In this document: positions 51,702-63,450 of the stretch, one piece after another
Layout of the letters: every line of letters starts with the position of its first letter
Numbering within the stretch: position 1 is the first letter of the stretch
NCBI RefSeq assembly: GCF_964213995.1
Contig: NC_135827.1
Span: 20,336,001-20,400,000, forward strand
Length of the DNA stretch: 64,000 nt
Direction of reading: 5' to 3'
Origin: Mustelus asterias
Taxonomy: Eukaryota
Translations under genes and position numbers: made by a program
The notes under the pieces: generated by a model
Told to the model about the DNA's origin: nothing
Databases searched by the model: none
The model's input: only the letters and a program-made list of their open reading frames with translations

Positions 51702-53150
51702 ATAATATTTTAATGCTTTTGTTCTCTTTGGGAGAAATTTATTCTGTGCCATCAATTGCGATTGAGATGTCATGTTTTAAATGTCTGCTCCTCATTCCTA
51801 ACGTTTTGTTCAGCAACTCCGGCTTCTGACAATGTTATTAACACAAAGAATTTGGTGAAAAATATCTGTGTGGTCCTTTTTCCTATAAGATTTTGACATA
51901 CAAAATATTTCTTTAACTTTCATCTGCCCTCTGGGTGTCTGGTGAAACATCGATCCTCTCAGGAAACATTTCATCTGTTGACAGCTGTATGGCAGCTTTG
52001 GCCTCAGTTCAAATCAAAAGAAGCAACTGCGGTCCATGATTACTGAATTTCTCTCATTTCTTGGGAATTTCACGCTCACTGGGGTGATATTAGTCTTGGA
52101 AAATGCACCAAGTGTCAAAATCAAATAACACAGGGCTGGTTTAGAATGGTTTGATGTGATTTGCTCTACCCTGACCCATCAATGTACTTCAGCCCCATAT
52201 TCAAAGATCACCCACTTCACCAGTACGCTGTTTTACCATTAATCAGATCAACAACCCTCTTGTTTCTTCCTGAGATTCCCAGAGTGCACCACCAGGAATT
52301 GGGACGATTGGCTAGGTGAGATTTGTCTGAAACAGATTTGAAATGAGATTCTTGAGGTCGAAGACCAGAGGCCAACACAGAATGCCCAACACCCTGCTGA
52401 GATTCTACCTAACTTAGGTGGAGTATGGCCATATTACCTTAGACAAAATATATTCCAGCATGAGGGAACATTTGGACAGGCTGAGTGTGTGGGCATCTGC
52501 ATGGCAGATGCAATATAATTTGGATAAATGTGAGGTTATCCACTTGGGTAGCAAAAATGGGAAGGTAGATTATTACTTGCATGAGTGTAAATTGAGAGAT
52601 ACTCAATGAAATTTTGGTGTCCTCGTGCATCAATCGCTGAAAGTAAGCATTCAGGTACAACAGACAATAAAGAAGGCAAATGGTATGTTGGCCTTCATAG
52701 TAAGAGGATTTGAGGATAGGAATAGGGATCTTTTGCTGCAATTGTACGGGGCATTTATGAGTCCACACCTGGAGTATTGTGTGCAGTTTTGGTGTCCTTA
52801 TCTGAGGAAGGATGTCCTTGCTATAGAGGGAGTACAGCGAAGGTTTACCAAGCAGATTCCTGGGATGGTAGGTCTGTCATATGAGGAGAGACTATGTTGG
52901 TTAGGATTGTATTCATTGGAGTTTAGAAGAGTGAGAGGAGATCTCATAGAAACTTATGAAAGACTAACAGGATTAGACAGGGTAGATTCAGAAAGAATGT
53001 TCCTAATGGTGGCAGATTCCAGAATTAGGAGTCATAGTTTGAGGATAAGGGGTAAACCTTTTTGGACTGAGGTGAGGAGAAATTTCTTCACCATTCAGTG
53101 GTGAATGTGTGGAATTCACTACCACAGAAAATAGTTGAGGCCAAAACATT

Positions 53151-54276
53151 GGGGGGAATTTTACCATTTTGAGTCTAAGTGCCGAATCTGGGCGTCAAAT
53201 ACATCTGCGCTTGGAATCCTCTTTTCAGCGCGCCCATACGCGTTTTGCCGGCTCCAGCCCGATCCGCGCCGTGCCCGGTGCTTAGCACTGGCGGACCAAT
53301 CGGAGCTCTGAACTGCGCATGCGCAGTTCAAAAAAAATCTGACAGAGCGCGCCCGGGCTTGAAAAAAAAAGCGGAGAGAGCGGCTCTCTGACGTTCATCC
53401 TCTGGTCGGGGCGGGAGGGGTGGGGGGGGGGGGCGGAGGTGATGGTGGGTGGGTGTGGCGGGGGATGGTGGGAGGGGGTGTGTGACCGATCATCCCCTGG
53501 GGGCGGGGGGGGGTGGGGAGAGGGGGTGTGACGTATCATCCCCTGGCGGGGGGGGGGGGGGCAGGGGGGGTGGGGGGGGAGAAGTCAACTGCTAGTCTGC
53601 GGCCGATCCCTCCTGCCGGAGTGGACGTGCGGCCATGCCATCCCACGAAACCTTCAGGATGAAGCGATTCCTCGCTAAGAAGATGAAGCAGAACAGGCCG
53701 ACTCCACAGTGGCCGATTCCACATTGTAAAGGGATACACCATTACTGGTACACTACCAGCCACAGCCACCTCTCCCGCTCTCTTGCACGTGCAGGGAAGA
53801 GTAATCTGTGGCTGGTAGTGTACCAGTGATGGTGCCAGGAGGCATCGGCCGCAGACTGGCAGCCGACCCCCCCCCCCCACCCCCCTCCTCGACCAGAGGA
53901 TGAGACGTCACACCCCCTCTCTTCCCCCCCCAGGGGATGAGACATCACACCCCCTCCTCTCTCACCCCCCCTAGCCCCCCTGCCGCCTCCCCCCCCCCCC
54001 CCCCCCCCAGGGGATGATACGTCACACCCCCTCTCCTCCTCCCACCCCCCTCCCGCCCCGACCAGAGGATGACCTGGGTCAGAGAGCCGTTGCAGTCTCT
54101 GACCCCGCTCTTCGGAGGCTGCAGCGGCGACTTCAGACTTTTATTTTGCAGGTCGGTAACAGCGCGGACGCAGATTGGGCAGAAGACGGCAAAGTGGGAT
54201 TTGGCGGTAGAGTTGGGAGCGCGGTTCATTAAGTCGATTTAAATGCATGCAAATTGCGCCCGTTAAAATCAGGCCC
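53151..54276. mobile_element. Palindromic non-autonomous Harbinger-like element carrying an RPL39 fragment
   Basis: Interrupts CR1 ccaaaacatt|gtgtgatttc; att duplicated at 53148-53150 and 54277-54279; imperfect TIRs ggggggaattttac / gttaaaatcaggccc; internal inverted arms about 53380-54090. Confidence 0.85.
53616..53726 (+). pseudogene. RPL39: Captured fragment of 60S ribosomal protein L39 (putative 5'UTR plus codons 1-26)
   Basis: 53635-53712 encodes [26 protein letters not shown], 21/26 identical to vertebrate [26 protein letters not shown] as I recall it; truncated, followed by a 15-bp-period duplication. Confidence 0.9.
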
Positions 54277-55171
54277 ATTGTGTGATTTCAAGAAGAAATT
54301 AGATATAGCTCTTGGGGCTAAAGGGATCCGGGATATAGGGGGACGGCAGGATCAGGATATTGAATTTGATGATCAGCCATGGTCAAGATGAATGGTGGAG
54401 CAGGCTCAAAGGGTCAAATGGCCTATCCCTGCTTCTATTTTCTATGTTTCTGAGTTTCTGTGAACATTCAGCAATCCCATCCTTCCAATGTGGAGTTTTG
54501 CTTGTCCAAGGTGTGAAAGTTTTAGATTCACTGTTAAGTTGTGTAGCCCTACCTGTGGTGTGTTCTTCCATTGAGCAGTCTTCAGCTGGCAGTGCGAAAT
54601 TGGTGAATTGTATCTGTGTGGTGATTAGGAATTCTGTAAAACATGGTGAGACAAATGTGGAAAATATAGAAAATACAAAAAATATATTGCTTTTTTAATG
54701 AGGTAATCAAAATTCAGACCTGAGCAAAAATGTATCTAAATTCATTTAAAGGTCAGCCAATTCCATTCAATTTGTCACACAATCTACAATGCATGAGTGA
54801 GAGCAGAAATATTTCATATTATCTCTAAAACTGTATTTTAATTATAGTTTTCATCTTGAGTGCATTGTGAAAAAAATTATTTTGTATCTTCAGTACTTCG
54901 GTCTCACTCTGTTCCCTTAATAGTCAGTCGACATTTTTTAATCATTTGTCAGGGTTGGAAAATCACTGAGGAAACCACGATGTTACCTGCTGTATATCAC
55001 GTTTGAGTGTTGGATACTTGACGAGCGAATTCCAGGTCTGAGTCTCAATCTCAACTGGCATTAAGCAAGCGTAGGAAACCATCTTGTGGAAAGCTTGGCC
55101 AGATCTCTAAGCTTGAAGCTTCCTGATCCACATAAGAACAATGGTACTTGTTAGATAATAATTGCAGCATA

Positions 55172-55476
55172 TCATAGAATTATAGAACCCCTACAGTGCA
55201 GAAGAGGCCATTCGTCCCATCGAGTCTGCACCGACTCTCTGTCAGAGCATCTCTCCCTCAGCCCTTTCTCCGTGACCCCACACATTTCCCATGGCCAATC
55301 AACCTAACTTACACATCTTTGGAGTGTGGAAGGAAACCGGAGCACCCGGAGGAAGCCCACGCAGACATGGGGAGAATGTGCAAACCCCACACAGAGAGTC
55401 ACCCAAGGCTGGAATCGAAACCGGGTCTCTGGAGCTGTGAGGCAGCAGTGCTAACCACTGTGCTACTTAGCCACCC
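55172..55476 (-). mobile_element. V-SINE (HE1-like)
   Basis: Tail, V-domain and head on the minus strand. Confidence 0.88.
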
Positions 55477-56956
55477 TTTCTCATGAGTAAAAAAAACAGT
55501 CCCTATGCTTCCAATTCCTACTGAGAGTAGATTTTCTTTTCCTCTAATTTCTACTGCTTTCCCACATTACCACTTCCTAAATCTAAGAATGAAGGGATCA
55601 ATGAATTACCTAAGAAGCTTTTCAAATAATAGAAACATACCATTGACTGAGACAGATGACCCATGAAAGCTGATGAGCATGGATTCTAAGATGGGTCTAA
55701 TAGATGGGTTAAATGGTCATGAAAGATATACATATTGTCAGGGGCTAAGACCTCTCGCAAACATATTGCTATTTCTGAAACTTTCAAACAGGATAAAGAT
55801 CTAAAACGACCGAATCAATGTCTGTCTGTGACCCTGAACAAAAGAAGGTACCTAACAGTATCGGGGAAACTCATATCATTATCCCTGTAGGGTCACTAAT
55901 GATCCCCTGTGGACTGCACGGGGTAAATTCAATCTGTATTTCGTAATCCAGGCTGGTTAACCGAAGTCTGCTTGGCTGCTCAGAGAAGGGGCCCCACAAC
56001 CTTCCTTTCAATTCTTAACGGTTGAGACATTGGTTAACAACCTCGGGAACCCAGATGAGGGATACACATCCTTTGTCAAAGACAGCGTAGAGAGGCGGGA
56101 GTCAAGTAACATGGGTTTCTGGCTTGTGGAACCAGGAATGTTGCCTTGCTGAATTGCCCTGTCTCAGTCTGCTCTTGTACTATCTGACTAGCAGCATCAC
56201 AGACTAGTGGCTCTGCTCCTGGTTGGACAGCTGGCCCATTCTACATGTTTTCTACTGGAAATTCTGTACCGTAAGAGTGACTCATCCCCGCATGCCAAGC
56301 TCATTGTGTGAAGTCAATGCCAATGGAAAAGAAATTATCCAGCACCAGTTTTCAATCCACCAACCTCCATGAAAAGATACCCCATTGGACATTGATTCTC
56401 GGCTCTAGAACCACGTGAATCAATATTTATTTTTTCTGTGGTCTCTGCACTGTAAATCTTTTGTTTCTCAATCTCTCTTCAACTGTATGAATGCAAAGGA
56501 AGCAACATTGCAAACCTGCTCTTGCACATAGAATCTGTGCAAATAAACTAACCCTTCGAGTTCAGCCTACCAAACAAGTTTGCCGTGAGTTGATGAATAG
56601 AAAATCGAATCACGCGAAGACCGGGAGCAATGTGCCACCACTTGTAAAAGGGAGGAAGGAAGCAAATCAAAAACTCCTTTCTGTTCATGGATGGGTGGCA
56701 AGAGGGAAATTAGTGCTATTAATCAATTGCCCTCCTGTCCATGACAGTACGGTGGGCTGAATAATATGTGTTGGTATGTGGACCATGCATCTGGAAACAA
56801 CTGGCATTTAGACTTCCAGGCCCACCATCCAGGCACTGAATAAATTGTCAATTGGGTTAATTAAGAGTCTGGATGGGCTTTGGTCTGAAGACTGCCCAAT
56901 CAGAGCAGTAGGGTGGGATGTCCGGCATTGGAGCTCGTCAGACATGATCTAAATTT

Positions 56957-57287
56957 AGGGGTGGCACGGTGGCATAGTAGTTAGCACTGTTGGCTCACAG
57001 TGCCAGGGACCCGGGTTCGATTCCCGGCTCGGGTGACTGTCTGTGTGTAGTTTGCACGTTCTCCCTGTGTCTGTGTGGGTTTCTTCCGGGTGCTCCGGTT
57101 TCCTCTCACAATCCAAAGATGGGCGGGTTAGGTGGATTGGCCATGATAAATTGCCTCTTAGCATCAGGGGGACTAGCTAAGGTAAATGCATGGTGTTATG
57201 GGGATAGGGCCTGGGTGGATTGTGGTCGGTGCAGACTCGATGAGCCAAATGGCCTCCTTCTGCATTGTAGGGATTCTATGATTCTAT
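56957..57287 (+). mobile_element. V-SINE (HE1-like)
   Basis: Complete copy. Confidence 0.9.
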
Positions 57288-57973
57288 AAATCAAGGTTAC
57301 GGTTACGGTGTGTGATTTGAAAGGGTCAATTTGGCAGAAATGGGCCACTCTACATGAGATCCCAGGTTCCTAAACCCTGAATTGAAGTCAGCGTACATCT
57401 ACTTCCTCCACTAAGTACTTCCTCCAGCCAAAAAACACTGCACAACCGAGGTTCAACTCTGCCCTCAGAAAAATCACTATTACAGCCTGCCAGAGAAAAG
57501 AAATGGGAAACAGGGGCTGGTGTCAATCTGATAGCATTTTATTCCATTCTGCACATGTTATGGCAGTCAATTTCCTTTTTAATGAGCAAAATGAGCCAAT
57601 TACTTCCAATTTGCATAGTGCAGCCAGTGCTCCGATTCCCAGAGCCCCCCCCTGTTAACCGTATTATCCCAGATAGGTGGAATGATGCCAGGATTCCAAC
57701 CTGGGGTCCTTGCGCCTGATAACATGTTGTTGGGTGTGCATTTTGCTCCCTTTTTTGGAACAAATTATTCAGGCCTGTCAAATGAATTTGACAATATTTG
57801 ACAGGTTATTAAAGAGAGTGCAGGTAACTGCTGTTTGTCTCTTTTTCCATATCCAACAACCTTCCTTTATTTCCATGCCAGTCTCTATCCGCTATATAAT
57901 TGCCTGATGGACATAGTTCATGAACGTCTAAGAACAATTAAATGTTCACATATATTACTGCGTGCATGGTGAA

Positions 57974-58184
57974 TGGCCAAAGTTTTCCAGCTGTTCCCGC
58001 CAGAGGGTTCTTCCAGTCCCGCCAATGGCGAACCCCCGCCATGGGTTTTTCTGGCAATGCAGGGGGTGCATAAAATGGGAAACCCTGTTGACAGTGGTGG
58101 GACCAATAAATCCTGCCGCTGGCCAATGGCAGGCCACCTCCACTGCCACAAAACACATGGAGAGAGGCGTGTAAAATCCCGCCC
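57974..58184. mobile_element. Short Harbinger-like MITE
   Basis: ggccaaagttttcc...gtaaaatcccgccc. Confidence 0.6.
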
Positions 58185-58216
58185 CGTGTCTCTGAGCTCA
58201 GTCATATATGTAAGAT

Positions 58217-58589
58217 CTTTCTTTTTATACATTCGTGTTGACATGGGAGTCGCTGGCTGGCCAGCATTTATTGCCCCTCCCTAGTTGTCCAAGGGCAGTT
58301 GAGAGTCAACCACATTGCCGTGGCTCTGGAGTCACATCACATGTAGGCCAGAGCAGGTAAGGACGGCAGATTTATTTCCTTAAAGGATATTACTGAACTA
58401 ACTGGGTTTTTAGGACAATCAACAATGGTTTCATGGTCATCAGTAGATTCTTAATTCCAGATTTCTTTCTTAATTGAATTCAAATTCCACCATCTGCCGT
58501 GACAGGATTCAAACCCAGGTCCCCAGAACTTTAGCCGAGTTTCTAAATTAGTAGTTTAGCAATAATATCACTAGGCCATCGCCTCCCCA
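58217..58589 (-). mobile_element. SINE family C
   Basis: Reverse complement of 38357-38707. Confidence 0.88.
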
Positions 58590-58673
58590 CAACCTAAGCT
58601 TCAGGTTGAGCATGCATTTTGGTCACCATAGCTGAGGAAACTTGAAAAGAGGACAAACTATGGTGGTCACGGA

Positions 58674-59004
58674 GAATCATAGAAACCCTACAGTGCAGAA
58701 AGAGGCCATCTGGCCCATCGAGTCTGCACCGACCACAATCCCACCCAGGCCCTACCCCTACACATTTACCCACTAATCCCTCTAACCTATGCATCTCAGG
58801 ACACTAAGGGGCAATTTTTTTTAGCATGGCCAATCAACCTAACTGTGGGACTGTGGGAGGAAACCGGAGCACCCGGAGGAAACCCACACAAACACAAGGA
58901 GAACGTGCAAACTCCACAGAGACAGTGACCCATGCCGCGAATCGAACCCAGGTCCCTGGGGCTGTGAAGCAGCAGTGCTAACCACTGTGCTATCGTGCCG
59001 CCCA
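58674..59004 (-). mobile_element. V-SINE (HE1-like)
   Basis: Complete copy. Confidence 0.9.
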
Positions 59005-59214
59005 AGAAGTTGGAGGTGAAGAATTTCAGGCTGCTTTTATTCTGTAAGATGGCTTAAAAATGAGAACAAAGAAATAAATTGCAGTGCATAGTCCCAGAAG
59101 ATGCTGATGATGTGTTGTATCCAGCAAGATTCAGCCCAAGTGGCATTTGTTTGAAAATAGCGGCCTGAGGGATAATCTTTTCGAGGTCCTCATGAGTGTG
59201 AACACAGAACCAAT

Positions 59215-59530
59215 GTTTCCTCTTGTGGACAAGAGCATAATTGGAGGCCGTCAATATAAGATAGTCACCAAAAGGTCCAATAGGAATTCAGAATAAACTT
59301 TTTCACTCAAAGAGTGGGGAGAGTGTGGAACTCGCTGCCACAGGGAGTGAATAGTATGGGTGCATTTAAGGGTAGGTTAGACAAAAATAGGAGACAAGGG
59401 AATCACTAGTTCCATTGATGGATTTAGATAAAGGGAATTGGGAGGAGGCTCAAGTGGAACATAAACACCTGCATGGAGTGGTTGGGCCGAATGGCCTGTT
59501 TCTGTGCCCTGTCTCTTGTGTAATTCTATA
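59215..59530 (+). mobile_element. CR1 3' end
   Basis: tttcctcttgtgg...aactttttcactcaaagagtg...gtggaactcgctgcca...gggccgaatggcctgtttctgtg. Confidence 0.8.
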
Positions 59531-59795
59531 TAATTGTGATGTTATAAAATCTATCTCAATGCAACACCCTCATAATCCAATATGGCGCTGCGATTGGCTT
59601 TGAATTTAATCAATGTCCAAACTTCTGGCACAAATCTGAGGCCTGGGTTAGCAGTTGGTCCTCAGTAAAATGTTAATAAATGCAAATACTTGACATGCTA
59701 TATCACAGCACCACTGCAGACAAAAATGTGCTTCCTCATACAGTCTGAACATTCCTCGTCAGGCATAGTGAGTCTCTGCCTTTCAGAGAAACCTG

Positions 59796-60241
59796 GGGTG
59801 GAATTTTACTGGCTCATCCCGCCCATCGATGTGCCGGTAGAATCGTGCGAGAGCCGAAAAATCCGGATCGCACCCGATTTCTCGGAGAGCCAGGTATCCA
59901 GCGAGGTCAGCCTCACGCCGGAAATGGGCGAGAGGCTGAATAAATTATGTTAATTCATTTTAATATTGACTTGCATGTCTTTAGTCAGCCCGGAGCTCAA
60001 TCGTCTGAGCTCGCTTGCCTTTATGGCTCACCGGGAGAGGTTTTTTCTGGCAAGGAAAACACCTGTTTACCATGAACGGGGAACAGTCGCGTTGGCTGCG
60101 CTGGTGGAACCGGAGGCCAATGAGCACGCGAGGGAAGCCAAGGGCAAGGGGGGTTGCCCCTGCGGCAGTGCCAGTCTGACAGTGCCACCTGGCAGCTTGG
60201 GCTAGCTGGGCATTTAGAATCATTCTCATAAAATTCTGCCC
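59796..60241. mobile_element. Harbinger-like MITE
   Basis: gggtggaattttac / ataaaattctgccc; flanks ctg/cag. Confidence 0.6.
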
Positions 60242-61459
60242 CAGAATGGAGAAATTATCTCGCAGAAGAAATGTTACTTGATGTCCTTCCCTTGCTCCAC
60301 TGGGTTATCTATGAAAAAGACACAAATGTTTGGGGTTAAATTGGACCATACAGTGTCTCTCTTTCACACATTTCACAGCCTCCTGAGACCCCAAAGTGAC
60401 ATCAAAGTCCCATCATATCAGGAAAGGACAAACAAGAGACATTCATCACCTACACCTGCAGCAGGAATTATACCATTTGTTGCTGCAACTTTGATTTGCC
60501 CTGGGAAATAAAATCACCTAAATAAAAGAAAGAATTCACCATAATCACTGAATCCAACATCTATCGCCTCTAACAACTAGAAACTCTAAATCACTGGAGG
60601 CTCTGGTATATCTTCGAATGAAGATCCTTAGGCCCCCAGTTCACTTACCAAACCAGGTGACCAAAGCCAGACCTGATGCTGCCGCCTCCTACAGGGTCAT
60701 CTTCATTATGATGAGCTCAGAGGTTGAAGATTTGGGGCTCCTTTGATGTCACTGTATGTGTTTGGGGATTAAGTCTGAGCTTGGGGAGATGAGGTATTGG
60801 TTCAAAACTGGGCACTCCCAATTTAACCTTGAATGTATACCTCACATGATGGATACCTGTATGGTGTATAACTCTCAAATATGTAGTACCCATGCTCTGT
60901 AACTGTATATGTAGTGCTTCCTGCCTTTTGCATTCTAACCATGTTTCGCATTGAATTCTTGTCGCAATATATATAAGAAACATTAGCCTTTTATTCATCG
61001 TGTTCTTATTCTATTTCAATTAATTTTGTTTTTGTTGAACAGAAAGTAATCTTCAATGCTGAAGAAGAAACTTTCTGAAGCTATGTCATGATGTTTAGTT
61101 TTGCCTGGTTCCTGCTAGGTTCTGCAGTATTAAAGATGTGTTGTATGATTGTTATATATTTAAAAGGGTTGCAGGTTGCTTTAAGAGCTGATCATGTGAT
61201 TTAATGGCGATGCCATTAGGGTGCTTGCAGATGCTGCTGCCTTACGTTCAGTTTGTACTCCAGACAGGCAAGGCATCCTGGAATAAATCTGTTTGTTTGA
61301 ATTTACATTTACAAACCAGCATTGCTTTTTTTTTCTTAAAACCCACAACCCCCAATAAGGATGTATATTTAGGGCACACAGTTTATTAATAAAATAGATG
61401 ATTGCATTTCCAAGTCTTGTGATGTGTGCAGCCTAATTGGTGCCCATTAGAGTGTTATG

Positions 61460-62358
61460 GCGACACCAAGGTAGGTGGTGTTGTGGATAGTTTGGAGGGA
61501 TGTCAGAAGTTGCAGCGAGACATAGATAGAATGCAAGACTGGGCGGAGAAGTGGCAGATGGACTTCAACCCGGATAAGTGTGTAGTGATCCATTTTGGCA
61601 GATCCAATGGGATGGAGCAGCAGTATAAAATGAAGGGTACCATTCTTAGCAGTGTAGAGGATCAGAAGGACCTTGGGGTCCGGGTCCATAGGACTCTTAA
61701 ATCGGCCTCGCAGGTGGAGGATGCGGTCAAGAAGGCGTATGGCGTACTAGCCTTCATTAATCGAGGGATTGAGTTTAGGAGTCGGGAGATAATGCTGCAG
61801 CTTTATAGGACCCTGGTTAGACCCCACTTGGAGTACTGCGCGCAGTTCTGGTCACCTCATTACAGGAAAGATGTTGAAGCCATTGAAAGGGTGCAGAGGA
61901 GATTTACAAGGATGTTGCCTGGATTGGGGGGCATGCCTTATGAGGATAGGTTGAGGGAGCTTGGTCTCTTCTCCCTGGAGAGACGAAGGATGAGAGGTGA
62001 CCTGATAGAGGTTTACAAGATGTTGAGGGGTCTGGATAGGGTGGACTCTCAGAGGCTATTTCCAAGGGCTGAAATGGTTGCTACGAGAGGACACAGGTTT
62101 AAGGTGCTGGGGGGTAGGTACAGGGGGGATGTCAGGGGTAAGTTTTTCACTCAGAGGGTGGTGGGTGAGTGGAATCGGCTGACGTCGGTGGTGGTGGAGG
62201 CAAACTCGTTGGGGTCTTTTAAGAGACTTCTGGATGAGTACATGGGATTTAATGGGATTGAGGGCTATAGATAGGCCTAGAGGTGGGGATGTGATCGGCG
62301 CAACTTGTGGGCCGAAGGGCCTGTTTGTGCTGTGACTTTCTATGTTCTATGTTCTATG
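61460..62358 (+). mobile_element. Young 5'-truncated CR1 (ORF2 C-terminus open to the stop at 62274)
   Basis: DTKVGGVVDS...WQMDFNPDKC...LEYCAQFWSP...RRMRGDLIE; CpG-rich; (TTCTATG)n tail; tgttat at both flanks. Confidence 0.95.
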
Positions 62359-62894
62359 TTATTCTTAGATTGAATAGTTTAAATTGATTCAAACTGATTT
62401 GGATTTCAAATTCTTCAACAATTACTATCTCATAAAGTCATGAATGATCTTTTAATTAGAATTAACTGATTTGGCTCAGGACTCGCACTGTGCTTGCAAT
62501 AAATTGGAAATAACTTTCCATTTGTGTGAAATCATTCGCTCAATGTTGGGTCTCCAATTTTGTCGTCTGACCTTCACTGTGATATTATGGCCCAAAATCT
62601 TCCGATTAGCATCGGAACAGTTCCGACTGCTCTTAATCACAGAAAACATACACACTTACCACCCCCACCTTTCCAATGTTGGCTGTTCTCTGGAGCTCTC
62701 AATGCAGAAAGTCAGACAGGCTTCGCCTCAGTGCAGAAGACATCAAGACACACCCCCTTTTTAATGTATTCTCGTAAATAATAGTTTAAATGCCCCAAAG
62801 CTTGTGTTATTGTGTTATTTCCAGCCCTGTTTCGCTGTAGAAAATGTGATTTTCAGTATCTGTAATTAGTAAATACCCTGTGACTAGTATTTCT

Positions 62895-63270
62895 AATTTT
62901 CTTTTTATTCATTCGTGGGATGTGGATGTCATAAGCAGGACCAGCATTCATTGCCCACAGCTGATTGCTCTTGAGAAGGTGGTGGTGAGCTTGTACCGCT
63001 GCAGTTTATGTCCATGTACATCCACAGGGCTGTTAAGGAGGGAGTTCAAGGATTTTGATCCAATGATAGTGAAGGAACGGCAATATATTTCCAAGTCAGG
63101 ACAGTGAACACCTTGGAGAAGAACTTCTAGGAGGCCATGTTCCCATGTATCTGTTGTCCTGATCATTCTAGATAGCAGCTTTCATAGGTTTCAAAGATGC
63201 TTTCTCAGGAGCCTTGGTGAGTTTGTACAGTACATCTTGTAGGTAGCACATATTGCTGCCACTGTGTGGG
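62895..63270 (-). mobile_element. Old LINE 3' end or LINE-tailed SINE
   Basis: ttattcattcgtgggatgtg...ccagcatt..ttgccca...cttgagaaggtggtggtgagc...agggagttcaaggattttga; shares its tail with SINE family C. Confidence 0.6.
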
Positions 63271-63391
63271 AGGGGGTGTGACGTTAATGTACCTTAATGA
63301 GATGTTTCTTTTTAAATCATGATCTCTGCAGCTCTCACAATCAATGTTTCTCAGCTCACAGCCTTATCTAATGTAATTATTATTATTATGA

Positions 63392-63450
63392 TCAGGGGTT
63401 ATGGGGAAAAGGCAGGAGAATGGGATTGAGAAAAATATCAGTAATGATTG
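63392..63450 (+). mobile_element. CR1 3' end (tail extends to about 63509)
   Basis: atcaggggttatggggaaaaggcaggagaatggg, continuing to ggcggagcaggctcgatgggcc...tatgtcttatggtctta. Confidence 0.75.

Larger units (their letters stand above)
52465..54450 (+). mobile_element. CR1 3' portion split by a MITE
   Basis: WQMQYNLDKC...KKANGMLAFI...HLEYCVQFW...RRVRGDLIE...RRNFFT; continues at 54277 to the TTTCTATG tail. Confidence 0.92.

Noticed and set aside
48679-51705. Long Pro/Gly-rich ORFs (274 aa, 240 aa and others)
   Set aside because: By-products of GC-rich MITE interiors, open in many frames, with no recognisable domain or transposase motif
53635-53829. 64-aa ORF as a functional RPL39 gene
   Set aside because: Homology ends at codon 26 of about 51; the rest reads through transposon hairpin sequence
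55905-56280. Possible ancient SINE or ncRNA-like segment (also 25930-26240 and 46190-46450)
   Set aside because: Only a vague resemblance; no family can be assigned without a Dfam/Rfam search
597-59005. Recurrent short ORFs such as MVAQWLALLPHS and MDCGRKPEHPEETH
   Set aside because: Translations of V-SINE copies, not genes
61426-62274. 282-aa ORF (also 4283-4960 and 19501-20340) as host CDS or active LINE
   Set aside because: 5'-truncated CR1 ORF2 fragments lacking the endonuclease and most of the RT
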